DNA of 64,000 bases from Myxococcota bacterium (lineage in GTDB: Bacteria; Myxococcota_A; SURF-8). Position numbers and translations under genes: made by a program. Every line of letters starts with the position of its first letter. The stretch's first letter is position 1. The stretch spans positions 1,280,001 through 1,344,000 of the forward strand of contig CAXXQS010000002.1 of the NCBI GenBank assembly GCA_963674735.2, written 5' to 3'. The notes beneath the pieces were generated by a model. It saw only the letters and a program-made list of their open reading frames with translations. It searched no databases and was not told the DNA's origin. This document shows positions 48,374 to 57,684 of this stretch, piece by piece.

Positions 48374-49591
48374 ATGTTGACGGTGCGAATGGCTGCCCGT
48401 AACCTGTTCCGGTCGCGACGGCGCTCCCTGGTCACGGTGGCCGCCATGGCTTTCGCCTTGGCGATCATGGTGGTTTACACGGGGATTATGGACGGCTTCA
48501 TGGGCAGCATGGTGCAAAATGCCACCATGCTCGATATGGGTCACCTGCAAATACATGCCCCCGGTTATCGGGCTTCGCCGTCGATTTACGAGCGGGTGCC
48601 CGAACCGGACAAGCTTTGTAAAAAAATCGAAGCGTTGGGTTATCATTGCAGTTATCGGTTGTTCGCCACGGCGTTGGCGGCCCACGGACAGGCGTCCAGC
48701 GGGGTCCAGATCCGCGGCGTCGATCCGTTGCTGGAAGCCCGGGCGCTTGAGTTGCCGAGCCACGTTGCACAGGGTAAGTGGCTGACGGAGGACGATCCCA
48801 AAGGGGTGATTATCGGAAAGGCGCTGGCGCGCGCTTTGGATGTCCGGTTGAGCTCCGAAATCGTCCTGGTTTCGCAGGCCGCCGATGGCTCGATGGCTAA
48901 CGATCTTTACTATGTACGCGGTATCCTGAAAACCGTCAGTACCCAGATCGATACGGGCGGCTTGCTTATGACGGCCCGTTCTTTCCGTGAACTGATGGTG
49001 ATGGAAAGCGGAGCGCACGAGGTGGCGGTCACCTTGCCGAAGAACACGCCGCTGGATCCGGCCGTCGCTGCCGTGGCGGCTCTGGCGCCCGGCTTGGAAA
49101 CCTTGGGCTGGAACAAGCTCAACCCGGCCATGGCCGAGTTGATCGCCGTCAACGATGCGTTCTTGCTGCCCATGATCGTCATTACGTATATCGCGATCGC
49201 GATCATCATCCTCAATGCCATGCTGATGGTGGTATTCGAACGGGTGAAGGAATATGGTTTGATGAAAGCGCTGGGCATGACGCCCTGGGGCGTGTTTCGT
49301 CTGGTCATGGCCGAGACGGCCGTGTTGTCGGTGGCGGCGGCGGCATTGGGCTTGGGAGGCGGCTTGCCCTTGGCATCCTATCTGGAGTCCCATGGGCTCA
49401 ACCTCAGCTCCTTCAGTGAGAGCATCAACATTTCGGGGGTGGCGATGAGTTCGCTGGTGTACGCCAAAGTCACCACGCGTTCGGTGCTGCTGCCGCTTGT
49501 TACGTTGCTGGTCCTCGTTTTGTTGGCCACGCTTTATCCTGCAATCAAGGCATCGCGACTCAATCCGATCGATGCCATGCGACATCAATAA
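48374..49591 (+). CDS. ABC transporter permease (FtsX/MacB/LolE-like)
   Basis: AARNLFRSRRRSL, VFERVKEYGLMKALG, YPAIKASRLNPIDAMR. Confidence 0.93.
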   Translation: MLTVRMAARNLFRSRRRSLVTVAAMAFALAIMVVYTGIMDGFMGSMVQNATMLDMGHLQIHAPGYRASPSIYERVPEPDKLCKKIEALGYHCSYRLFATALAAHGQASSGVQIRGVDPLLEARALELPSHVAQGKWLTEDDPKGVIIGKALARALDVRLSSEIVLVSQAADGSMANDLYYVRGILKTVSTQIDTGGLLMTARSFRELMVMESGAHEVAVTLPKNTPLDPAVAAVAALAPGLETLGWNKLNPAMAELIAVNDAFLLPMIVITYIAIAIIILNAMLMVVFERVKEYGLMKALGMTPWGVFRLVMAETAVLSVAAAALGLGGGLPLASYLESHGLNLSSFSESINISGVAMSSLVYAKVTTRSVLLPLVTLLVLVLLATLYPAIKASRLNPIDAMRHQ

Positions 49592-49601
49592 GGAGGCGCA
49601 C

Positions 49602-50834
49602 ATGCTGTGGCGACTTGCCTGGCGCAACCTGTGGCGCTCTCGGCGTCGAACCCTGATCACGCTGGCGTCGATCATGTTCGGGTTGCTTTTATCCATTACG
49701 TTTACCAGCATGTCCGACGGTTCGTATTCCAAGCTGATCGACTCGGCCGCCCGTGCGGGGCTGGGGCATGTCACCTTGCAGCCGCAGGGTTTTCGCGATC
49801 GGCCGGGAAACAATCTGTATTTGAAGGAAATCAACTCGCTGGTTGAAGCGGTACGCGCCGATGAAGACGTGGAGACCGCCCAGGTGCGTGTCTTCGGTCA
49901 GGCCATGGTGGCCACCGCCGCCGATACCGCCGGGGTAGCCTTTGCCGCCATCGATCCGCAGGCGGAGGGCGAGAGCTTCAATCTCTTCGACCACATCAAG
50001 GAGGGGCGGGCGGTTCAATCCATGGTGAAGGGTGAAGCGGTTATCGGGCGGAGATTGGCCGAAACACTCGAACTGAAACTTGGCAGCAAGCTGGTGCTTA
50101 CCACTACGGACAAAGACGGGGAAGTGGTGTCCGGCCTGTTGCGGGTGCGCGGCATTTTCGAAACCGGAATCGACGAAGCCGATCGCTACCAGATCGCCGT
50201 TCCGCTGGGCTGGGCGCGTAATCTGATCGGTTTCAGCGACGACGAGGCGACCTTGATCGCCGTGACCGTTCACGATCAACGCCGCGCCGAACGGATTGCC
50301 GCGCGACTGGGCGCTTTATCTGGTCCCCATAGCGGAGAGGGGCTGCCCTGGTTCAAGGTCATGCCCGACTTCGCCGGGATGATTGCCATCGACAATGCCA
50401 GCAATTACCTGTTCCAGATGATCATCATGTTGCTGGTGGCGGCGGGTATTTTCAACACGGTGTTGATGAGCGTCATGGAGCGCATGCGCGAAATGGGCGT
50501 GATGATGGCGGTGGGCATGACCGCCCGGCGCTTGTTCTGGATGGTGACCATCGAAACCTTCTGGCTGGCCGTGGTCGGTATCCTGGCCGGATTGTTGGTG
50601 TCGGCACCGGTTTATTACTATATGGCGACGGTCGGACTCGATTTCACCGAAACCTTGAAGGAGCAGCAGAACTTCGGCGGTGTGGCTTGGGATCCGATCA
50701 TGACCTCATCCCTTTACCCCGATCATCTGGCCATCATTCTGGTGGCGGTGTTCGCTCTCGTGATGCTGGCGGGTCTCTACCCGGCCGTCATCGCATCCAA
50801 AACGAAACCCCTGCGCGCTTTGCGCATGCAATAG
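49602..50834 (+). CDS. ABC transporter permease (FtsX/MacB/LolC-like)
   Basis: AWRNLWRSRRRTL, VMERMREMGVMMAVG; RBS AAGGAGG. Confidence 0.93.
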   Translation: MLWRLAWRNLWRSRRRTLITLASIMFGLLLSITFTSMSDGSYSKLIDSAARAGLGHVTLQPQGFRDRPGNNLYLKEINSLVEAVRADEDVETAQVRVFGQAMVATAADTAGVAFAAIDPQAEGESFNLFDHIKEGRAVQSMVKGEAVIGRRLAETLELKLGSKLVLTTTDKDGEVVSGLLRVRGIFETGIDEADRYQIAVPLGWARNLIGFSDDEATLIAVTVHDQRRAERIAARLGALSGPHSGEGLPWFKVMPDFAGMIAIDNASNYLFQMIIMLLVAAGIFNTVLMSVMERMREMGVMMAVGMTARRLFWMVTIETFWLAVVGILAGLLVSAPVYYYMATVGLDFTETLKEQQNFGGVAWDPIMTSSLYPDHLAIILVAVFALVMLAGLYPAVIASKTKPLRALRMQ

Positions 50835-50846
50835 AGGAGGTGGAAC

Positions 50847-51545
50847 GTGACGACGTCCATCGTGGAACTCAAGGGAGTGGAAAAAACCTACAAAGACAAC
50901 GGTGTGGCCGTCCATGCCTTGCGCGGTCTCGATCTGATCGTCAAACCGGGGGAGTTTACCGCCATCTGCGGCCCCTCCGGATCGGGTAAGACCACCGCCC
51001 TCAATCTGATTGGGGCGCTCGATACGCCCAGCGCCGGAACGGTGACGGTGGAAGGCCGGGATTTGTCGAGCATGCGTGGACATGAGTTGTCCAAAATGCG
51101 CTTGATGCGTCTGGGTTTCATCTTTCAAGCCTACAACCTCATTCCGGTGCTAACCGCGATGGAGAACGCCGAGTTCGTGTTGATGCTGCGGGGGGTGCCG
51201 GAGAGCGAGCGGCACGAGAAAGTGCGCGCCATCATGAAAGATGTGGGGATGGAAGACTTGATGGACCGGCGTCCGAACCAGCTCTCGGGCGGACAGCAAC
51301 AGCGAGTGGCTATCGCCCGCGCCGTGGTGACCGAACCGGCCTTGGTTCTGGCCGACGAACCCACCGCCAACGTGGATTCGAAAACGGCGGAAGCCTTGCT
51401 GGATCTGATGCACAAACTCAACCGTGAACGGAACGTCACCTTCCTGTTTTCCACCCACGATCCGCGCGTCATGGAGCGCGCCGACAGGCTCGTCACCTTG
51501 CAGGACGGCCAGGTGATCGCCGACGAGGTACGTCGGTCCGCTTGA
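50847..51545 (+). CDS. ABC transporter ATP-binding protein (LolD/MacB-like)
   Basis: [31 protein letters not shown]. Confidence 0.96.
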   Translation: MTTSIVELKGVEKTYKDNGVAVHALRGLDLIVKPGEFTAICGPSGSGKTTALNLIGALDTPSAGTVTVEGRDLSSMRGHELSKMRLMRLGFIFQAYNLIPVLTAMENAEFVLMLRGVPESERHEKVRAIMKDVGMEDLMDRRPNQLSGGQQQRVAIARAVVTEPALVLADEPTANVDSKTAEALLDLMHKLNRERNVTFLFSTHDPRVMERADRLVTLQDGQVIADEVRRSA

Positions 51546-51579
51546 TCGGATAGGGGGAAGAGGGTGACGATCGGTCGGA

Positions 51580-52488
51580 TTACTTGGCGATTGAGACGCC
51601 CAGGCCGATTCCGGCGAACAATCCGTGCATGGTGCCGAGTTTCCCCTCGGCATTTTGGGGAATGTTTTTAAAGACGCCTTCGTAAGCCACGAACAGATCG
51701 ACCATCAGGAATTTGTAGATCTTGTATTCGATTCCGGCGCCGACATCGACGCCCGCCCCTTCATCGTAGCGGTCGGTCCCGCCCGGCGGAGCCCAACCGG
51801 TTTGGACAAAGCCGACGTGACCCATGATGTAGGCGCGAAAGCTCTCATCATAAAAGCGATAGCGCAGGCCGGGCTTGACTTCGATGATTTTCAATCCAGC
51901 CGTTGCGCCGTCGAGGCTGGTTTTGCCCCAAGTCTGAGATAACCAAAGTTCGATGCCGAGATAGTCCCACAAGTCGTAACCCAGGTTGCCACCCACCGCG
52001 AAGCTCGTTCTTTCGCCGGTGGCCGGTACGGAGCCTGCACCGAAAAGTGAAAAACGCAGGTGATGTTGGCCTTTTCCCTCTTCGTCTGGAACGGATTCAT
52101 CTTCGGAACCGGCGATAACCTCGTCCTCCTCTTCGTCTTCGGATTCGTCGTCTTTTACTGTTTCGGTGGTCGGAGTTTGGGGTGCCGCTTCAGCGGTTAC
52201 CGGATCAGCTGGAGAAACGGGGGCCGCCTCGGGCTCCGTTTCAACTGGCGGCTCGGCAGGGCTTTCTTCAGTGGCCGGTTCTTCCGGACCAGCAGTCGGG
52301 TCGGCGGCCGTTTCGGACTTGGCGGGTGTCGGCTCGGTGGCAGCCTCGGAGGGAGGACTACTTTCGATCGTCGCTTCGGGTGCGGGTTCCGATGGCGCGG
52401 TCGAAGTGGATTCGGCCCACAATAAAGTCGGAAAGCTCAGCGTCACAAGTATGAGCGTTATCGGTAAAGACAAACCTTTGAGAACCAT
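51580..52488 (-). CDS. Outer-membrane beta-barrel protein with Pro/Ala/Glu/Thr-rich stalk
   Basis: Signal peptide; low-complexity acidic N-half; about 8 amphipathic strands ([31 protein letters not shown]); RBS GGGAGG. Confidence 0.8.
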   Translation of the reverse strand: MVLKGLSLPITLILVTLSFPTLLWAESTSTAPSEPAPEATIESSPPSEAATEPTPAKSETAADPTAGPEEPATEESPAEPPVETEPEAAPVSPADPVTAEAAPQTPTTETVKDDESEDEEEDEVIAGSEDESVPDEEGKGQHHLRFSLFGAGSVPATGERTSFAVGGNLGYDLWDYLGIELWLSQTWGKTSLDGATAGLKIIEVKPGLRYRFYDESFRAYIMGHVGFVQTGWAPPGGTDRYDEGAGVDVGAGIEYKIYKFLMVDLFVAYEGVFKNIPQNAEGKLGTMHGLFAGIGLGVSIAK

Positions 52489-52762
52489 CTGTATCCTCCC
52501 CGAACGGCAGTGTGGACATACGCCGACAAGCCACATGAAAAGTGGTATGAGTGTAGCAGAGGTTGGGGAGGATGCAAACGAAAGTTATGATGCGTTTAAG
52601 GTCGGACATAAAAGTATCGCGGCCTTCTCTGCGACTTTTGGGGAAGGGAAGGGTCAAGAATTGACGCGCATCACTCTTAGATGGGGAAACAAGGAGAATA
52701 AACCCATTCTCCCTCGGGGGTATTCTTGAAGAAATATTGATCCGCAGAGAAGGCCGTGGAAA

Positions 52763-52846
52763 TCACTTAGCTTCAAAGAACGTGGCTAACCAGTATCTGA
52801 CGTTTTCGCGAATGATGACGGTGACAAGTTCAAGAAGCGGTTGCAT
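52763..52846 (-). CDS. Unannotated 27-aa small ORF MQPLLELVTVIIRENVRYWLATFFEAK
   Basis: RBS GAGGA 7 nt before ATG; lies downstream of a sigma54 promoter; followed by hairpin GGAGAAT/ATTCTCC at 52693-52712. Confidence 0.45.
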   Translation of the reverse strand: MQPLLELVTVIIRENVRYWLATFFEAK

Positions 52847-52861
52847 GATGTCATCCTCAAT

Positions 52862-53052
52862 GAAAGGAAAAAGGGAGGAGACCGGATAGGGCAACCTGGA
52901 AATAGAACATGAACCTCAGCGCACGACCAACTTTAACTTCAACACCACAGCGAGCCGCAATTAGTTCCGGTCTCCTCGAACCTTGATTTCGTCTTTCCTT
53001 GCCGTAGCAAGGTGAGATAGCCATTTTCTCAAAGAACTCACATCCGAATGGC
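52862..53052 (-). ncRNA. Candidate sigma54-dependent structured sRNA or leader RNA
   Basis: CCTTGC-TACG-GCAAGG hairpin (52997-53012); perfect 12-bp stem GAGGAGACCGGA/TCCGGTCTCCTC (52966-52977 with 52875-52886) followed by CCTTTTTCCTTT. Confidence 0.5.
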
Positions 53053-53062
53053 AGTTAATAGT

Positions 53063-53079
53063 AGCAATCAGTGTGCCAA
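53063..53079 (-). promoter_or_regulatory. Sigma54 (-24/-12) promoter
   Basis: TTGGCAC-ACTGA-TTGCT, an exact match to TGGCAC-N5-TTGCW; IHF-like AATCAACACTGTA at 53087-53099. Confidence 0.8.
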
Positions 53080-53620
53080 AAAACGCAATCAACACTGTAA
53101 TGGTTGTTAATTACCTTGAATCATTGATAATTTTTAGTTATTTTTGTTTTACTGGATTCCACGGAGAAAAAAGACTATACGATCTCAAGCAGAAACGACG
53201 CAATATTTACGCCAACGAGCCGCTATAGCTCGAATGGGTCTACTGAAGGGAATTATTAAGCACTGATATGCAAAACCACGTATTTACGCTATTGAAAATC
53301 AGTAGAAGTACGTAGTCTTCTTGCCTTTTTGCCGCGCATTAATTGCGTTAAATTACGTATTGACACAAGTATGATTTAGTATAGTACTGATATAATTATA
53401 TAAATTAGATAATGATGACGCATTCATTTGTGTGTCCATAAATGCAACACAATTATGCGTTATTTTCCAGGTTAACCAGGTATACCAAAAGCTACTTACT
53501 TCGATCAAAATCGAGCTGCAAGATGGTGTCATATCGGTAATACTCAATAAATCCAGATATATAGGAAATATTACCCTCAACGGTTATGCCGCATGCACTC
53601 TTTTTCCAGAGATCGGATGA

Positions 53621-53759
53621 AGTGTTGCACGAAAACTGCAACACTGTATTTTTGGGCGAACATTGTGCAGCGATGCGTGTAAGTTATTGTTATTTCATGA
53701 TCATTTGCAATATAAGTAAGAATGAGGCCGAATAAGTGTTGCCGATTTGCCGCAACACT
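53621..53759. promoter_or_regulatory. Two palindromes AGTGTTGC-N9-GCAACACT with identical arms
   Basis: 53621-53645 and 53735-53759; IHF-like TAACAATAACTTA (minus strand) at 53680-53692 between them. Confidence 0.7.
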
Positions 53760-53989
53760 TTGCTGCGCTGGCCCGCCTTCTCTCTCCGTGTGACGCCGGG
53801 AGAAGCGTTGGAAATCGAATCGTTTTTACATCAGAACCGATTCGAAAACGCTGGGACGATAGTAAGGAGCGTGTTACCGACCCGAGCGGAAGAAATCACG
53901 CTTGCGGTTTTGACACGATGTGTTAAAGTGACCGCAACATCCAGATTAATCGCCGACCGTGCCCTTCTTTGGAGCGAATGGAGTGAAAC

Positions 53990-55912
53990 ATGGCGGCTTT
54001 TCGTTTTTCGGCCCGTGAACATGAGATCATCTATCGCCTGGGTCAGGTCATGATTCCGGCGGGAAAGATCTTCCCGCCGTTCTATCGTGATTTGTCGCTC
54101 AAAATCGAGCGCAAGCTGGCCGAGTCCTCCCCGACTTTGGGGCAGGCGTTTCGTGGCATGTTGTGGACGCTGGAAGAAAGTTCGCGCCTGCGCTACCTAC
54201 GCCCCTGCTCCAAGCTCGTTCCCGCAAAACGCTTGGCTTATCTAATGAGTTGGGCTCATGGCAGTTATCCCCAGCGCCTGGCCCTGCGACTGGTGTCCGG
54301 AGCCATCAAGATTGCGTATTACGACGATCCCGGGCTGTTCGAGCAGATCGGGGTGGACTATTACAAGCCGCCGGTCAAAGACGAGCCGGCGCGCTGGATG
54401 CAGCAGGTGATGCCCGGCGATGCGTTGACCGAAGACACCGAGCTTGAAGCCGAAGTGGTGGTGGTCGGCACCGGCGCCGGTGGGGCCGTGGTGGCTGCCG
54501 AACTCGCAGCCGCGGGCAATGCCGTCGTGATGATCGAAGAGGGCGATTACACAAGCCGCTCCCAATATTCGGGGCGTCCGTTCGACATGCAGGCGCTTTT
54601 ATATCGCAACATGGGGCTCACGGCCACCGTCGGCAACACCAGCATGGTGGTCCCGGTGGGCTGCACGGTAGGCGGTACCACCACGATCAATTCGGGAACC
54701 TGCTTTCGCACGCCGCGCCGAACACTCCGGCGCTGGCGCGAGCAATACGGCTTGACCGACTTTACCCCGAAGGCCATGGAATCCTATTTTCAGCGGGTTG
54801 AGGCCGTTTATCAGGTAACGGATGCGGAGATGAAGTATGTCGGTCCCAACGGCACCATCATCGCACGCGGGGCCGAACGCCTCGGTTATTCGCATGGCCC
54901 GCTTCCCCGCTGCGCCCCCGACTGCGACGGCCAAGGGGTCTGCTGTTTCGGCTGTCCGACCGACGCCAAGCGTTCCACCAACGTGTCCTACGTGCCCCGC
55001 GCGCTGGAAAACAATGCCTATTTGGTTGCCGGAACCTGCGTGGACCGCATTCTGATCGACCAGGGGCGCGCCGTGGGCGTGAGCGGTCTTTCGAAGAAAA
55101 CCGGTAAGCGTCTGACGGTCAAGGCTTCGGTTGTGGTGTTGGCCTGCGGAACCTTTTATACGCCTCTTATGTTGATGAAACACAAACTGGGCGCACGATC
55201 GGGTCAGCTTGGAAAGAACCTCTCCATTCATCCGGCTTCCAATGTCGGAGCGCTGGTGGATGAGTCGGTCGAGGCCTGGAAAACCATTCCCCAGGGTTAC
55301 ATGGTGGACGAGTTCGATGAAGAAGGCATTATGCTCGAAGGGGCGACGCTCCCCTTGGACTTCACCGCCATGTTCGTGCCCGATATCGGGCGCAGTTTGC
55401 AGGAATTGATGGAGAACTACACCCATCTCGCCAGCTTCGGGTTCATGATTGAAGATACGTCGCGTGGGGTTGTGCGTCCCGGTGCGGCAGGCATGCCGTT
55501 GATTTCCTACTTCGTCAACAAGCAGGATCTGGGAAAAATTCTACGCGGAATCGAAATCTTGTCGCGCGTGTATCTGGCCGCCGGAGCGCGCAAAATCATG
55601 CCACCGGTTTTCGGCTGGGATCCGATATTCAGTGAAACCGACCTGGAAGCCAACCTTACCCGCAAGGTGCATGCCCGCGATGTGGACCTCAGCGCCTTCC
55701 ATCCCCTGGGGACCTGCAGTATGGGCGACAATCCCGATCGGTCGGTGACCGGGCCCTACGGCGAGATGTGGGATGTGCCCAACCTGTTTGTCTGTGATGG
55801 CTCGGCTGTTCCGCCCGCGCTGGGAGTGAATCCGCAAATCACCATCGGGGCGCTGGCCACTCGCACGGCCGATTATATTTCCGACCGGCTAAAGACCCTC
55901 AGCCAGATATGA
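53990..55912 (+). CDS. GMC family oxidoreductase
   Basis: VVGTGAGG, VGGTTTINSG, CDGQGVCCFGCP, FHPLGTCSMG, GVNPQITI. Confidence 0.92.
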   Translation: MAAFRFSAREHEIIYRLGQVMIPAGKIFPPFYRDLSLKIERKLAESSPTLGQAFRGMLWTLEESSRLRYLRPCSKLVPAKRLAYLMSWAHGSYPQRLALRLVSGAIKIAYYDDPGLFEQIGVDYYKPPVKDEPARWMQQVMPGDALTEDTELEAEVVVVGTGAGGAVVAAELAAAGNAVVMIEEGDYTSRSQYSGRPFDMQALLYRNMGLTATVGNTSMVVPVGCTVGGTTTINSGTCFRTPRRTLRRWREQYGLTDFTPKAMESYFQRVEAVYQVTDAEMKYVGPNGTIIARGAERLGYSHGPLPRCAPDCDGQGVCCFGCPTDAKRSTNVSYVPRALENNAYLVAGTCVDRILIDQGRAVGVSGLSKKTGKRLTVKASVVVLACGTFYTPLMLMKHKLGARSGQLGKNLSIHPASNVGALVDESVEAWKTIPQGYMVDEFDEEGIMLEGATLPLDFTAMFVPDIGRSLQELMENYTHLASFGFMIEDTSRGVVRPGAAGMPLISYFVNKQDLGKILRGIEILSRVYLAAGARKIMPPVFGWDPIFSETDLEANLTRKVHARDVDLSAFHPLGTCSMGDNPDRSVTGPYGEMWDVPNLFVCDGSAVPPALGVNPQITIGALATRTADYISDRLKTLSQI

Positions 55913-55939
55913 TGCTAGGCATTTGTTCGGATCGACGGG

Positions 55940-57682
55940 CTATTCCTCACCCAAACCGATAAGAATACCGCGTACTTCCGCCGCGTGCGCATCGCGGGGA
56001 TAGAGGGACACGAAGCGCTTGAACAAGTCGGTGGCTTTCGCGCTTTGCCCAACCTTGATGAGGCTTTTCCCCTGGCGGTACAGCGCGTCGTTGCGCCGGT
56101 CGCGTTGGCCGGTGCCGAGATAGCGATCGTACAGTTGGGCCGCTTCCTTATAGCGTTCGAGTTTGTAGGCGGTGTCGGCCGCGGTCAGCAGAGCGCGTGG
56201 CGCCTGATAACCATTGGGATGCCGATCGGCCACACTTCGGCAACGGTGCAGTGTTTCGATGTCCTGGCCACTCTGTTGGGCATTACGGCACAGGGCGAAA
56301 CGCACTTCCTCACTCAAAGTTCCATCCCCGAATTCCGCCAGATAACGCGCCCAGACCGTGCGAGCCTGCTTCAGCCGTGCCAGGCGGTCCTGCAGGATGT
56401 AACCGTGTGTATATAGGGCATTTTCACGTAGGCTTGGACGTGTGAGAACACGTTCGGCGCGTTCGAGAGTGTTGACGGCCGTTGATAGACGACCCAGGGC
56501 GAGCTGGTTTTCCGCCGACAAATAGAGGGCGTCTTCGGCTTCCGGGGCTTGGGGAAAACGTCGCTGCAGGGAATCGAGCAAGGCGAGTGCCTGATCGAAG
56601 CGGCGGCCACTTTGCGCCTGGCGTGCTTCGGCCAGAAGATCGGCGGCTGTCACCGAGTTTTCGGTCGCTGGAGAGGCTTTGAAAGCAACACGCGGCGTCG
56701 GTTTGGTATGCCGAGGTTTAGGCGAGGTGTAGTCGGTTTCGGGCACCGGTGCGAGGAGAGCGACCAGCGTGGGCCATTCGGCCAGGGGTTCCTGTTCGGT
56801 GGATCCGTCGGGCTTGAAACGAAACGCTTGACCCGGTTGCACGATCCGGCGGGGCCGGTCGGGCTCGTGGGGGGTGACCAACACCTCACCTTCGCTGACG
56901 CCCACCAGCGTATCACCCGTAGGTGTGACTTGCACGGCGAAGCGTGTTCCGCGAACGCTGATTTTATGGGTAGGAGTGGTGACGGCCAGGCTTTGATCGG
57001 ATTTGAGCGGAGCGACGTCCACCGCCGTGACACCGGCACGCAGGTCGAGCAGAATATCGCGTTCGTCCGCGCGCACCACCTGCACGGTGGCGGTTTCGAA
57101 AACGACTTCCACCCCGCTGCGGAAAAGGGTGGTAAGGCGTGCGTCTTCGGCCATTTTCAAAGTGGAACCGGCGCTTAACTGGACTCCGGCATCAACGACT
57201 TCACTCGAACCGTCGGGATTCACGCGGGTGATGGCACCCTTGAATGATAACGGCTGAATGGATAAAGGTCGTGGAATATCGGTCGGTTCGGATGGTGGAT
57301 TGCTCTGCGCCACTTGGTTTCCGGGATCGGGAATGGGGGAAAGGGTTGGGCTCAACATCAGCCCCCAGATTAGAAGACCGATCAGAATTCCGGCCGCCAA
57401 AGCCGGAGCCGGACGCAGACAGCCGCGTAAAAGCCGGTTCAGCCAGGGAAGGCCGGATGTTTCCTCCGCAGCCTGCAAAAAGCGGGCGCGTGCACGAAAC
57501 GTCTCTTCGCGTCCGGCTTCTGGAACTGCGGTTTCAAGCAGGTCGCGAATCCCTTGCATGCGTGCCGATCGGGCTTGGCAGCTGGGACAGCTTTCGACGT
57601 GCGTCCGCCAGCGAGCGGCTTGCGGGCCGTCGGGGCGGTGATGGCAATCGATCAGGTCATTGAAAGTCGGATGGTCGGGCAT
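55940..57682 (-). CDS. Anti-sigma factor: HxxxCxxC zinc finger, TM, FecR domain, C-terminal TPR domain
   Basis: HVESCPSC; TM ALAAGILIGLLIWGL; ISVRGTRFAV, VSEGEVLV; TPR units with RFPQAP, DALY, FVSLYP. Confidence 0.8.
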   Translation of the reverse strand: MPDHPTFNDLIDCHHRPDGPQAARWRTHVESCPSCQARSARMQGIRDLLETAVPEAGREETFRARARFLQAAEETSGLPWLNRLLRGCLRPAPALAAGILIGLLIWGLMLSPTLSPIPDPGNQVAQSNPPSEPTDIPRPLSIQPLSFKGAITRVNPDGSSEVVDAGVQLSAGSTLKMAEDARLTTLFRSGVEVVFETATVQVVRADERDILLDLRAGVTAVDVAPLKSDQSLAVTTPTHKISVRGTRFAVQVTPTGDTLVGVSEGEVLVTPHEPDRPRRIVQPGQAFRFKPDGSTEQEPLAEWPTLVALLAPVPETDYTSPKPRHTKPTPRVAFKASPATENSVTAADLLAEARQAQSGRRFDQALALLDSLQRRFPQAPEAEDALYLSAENQLALGRLSTAVNTLERAERVLTRPSLRENALYTHGYILQDRLARLKQARTVWARYLAEFGDGTLSEEVRFALCRNAQQSGQDIETLHRCRSVADRHPNGYQAPRALLTAADTAYKLERYKEAAQLYDRYLGTGQRDRRNDALYRQGKSLIKVGQSAKATDLFKRFVSLYPRDAHAAEVRGILIGLGEE

Positions 57683-57684
57683 GA

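Noticed and set aside
53330-53470. Possible dif site or oriC in the AT-rich gap
   Set aside because: Fragments such as GCGCATTAA..GTTAAAT and GTCCATAA lack the 11-6-11 XerC/XerD geometry; I saw no TTATCCACA-type DnaA-box cluster
53353-54053. Short ORFs 53353-53580, 53432-53620 and 53736-54053
   Set aside because: No convincing RBS or protein-like features; they overlap the AT-rich regulatory zone or the palindromic motifs
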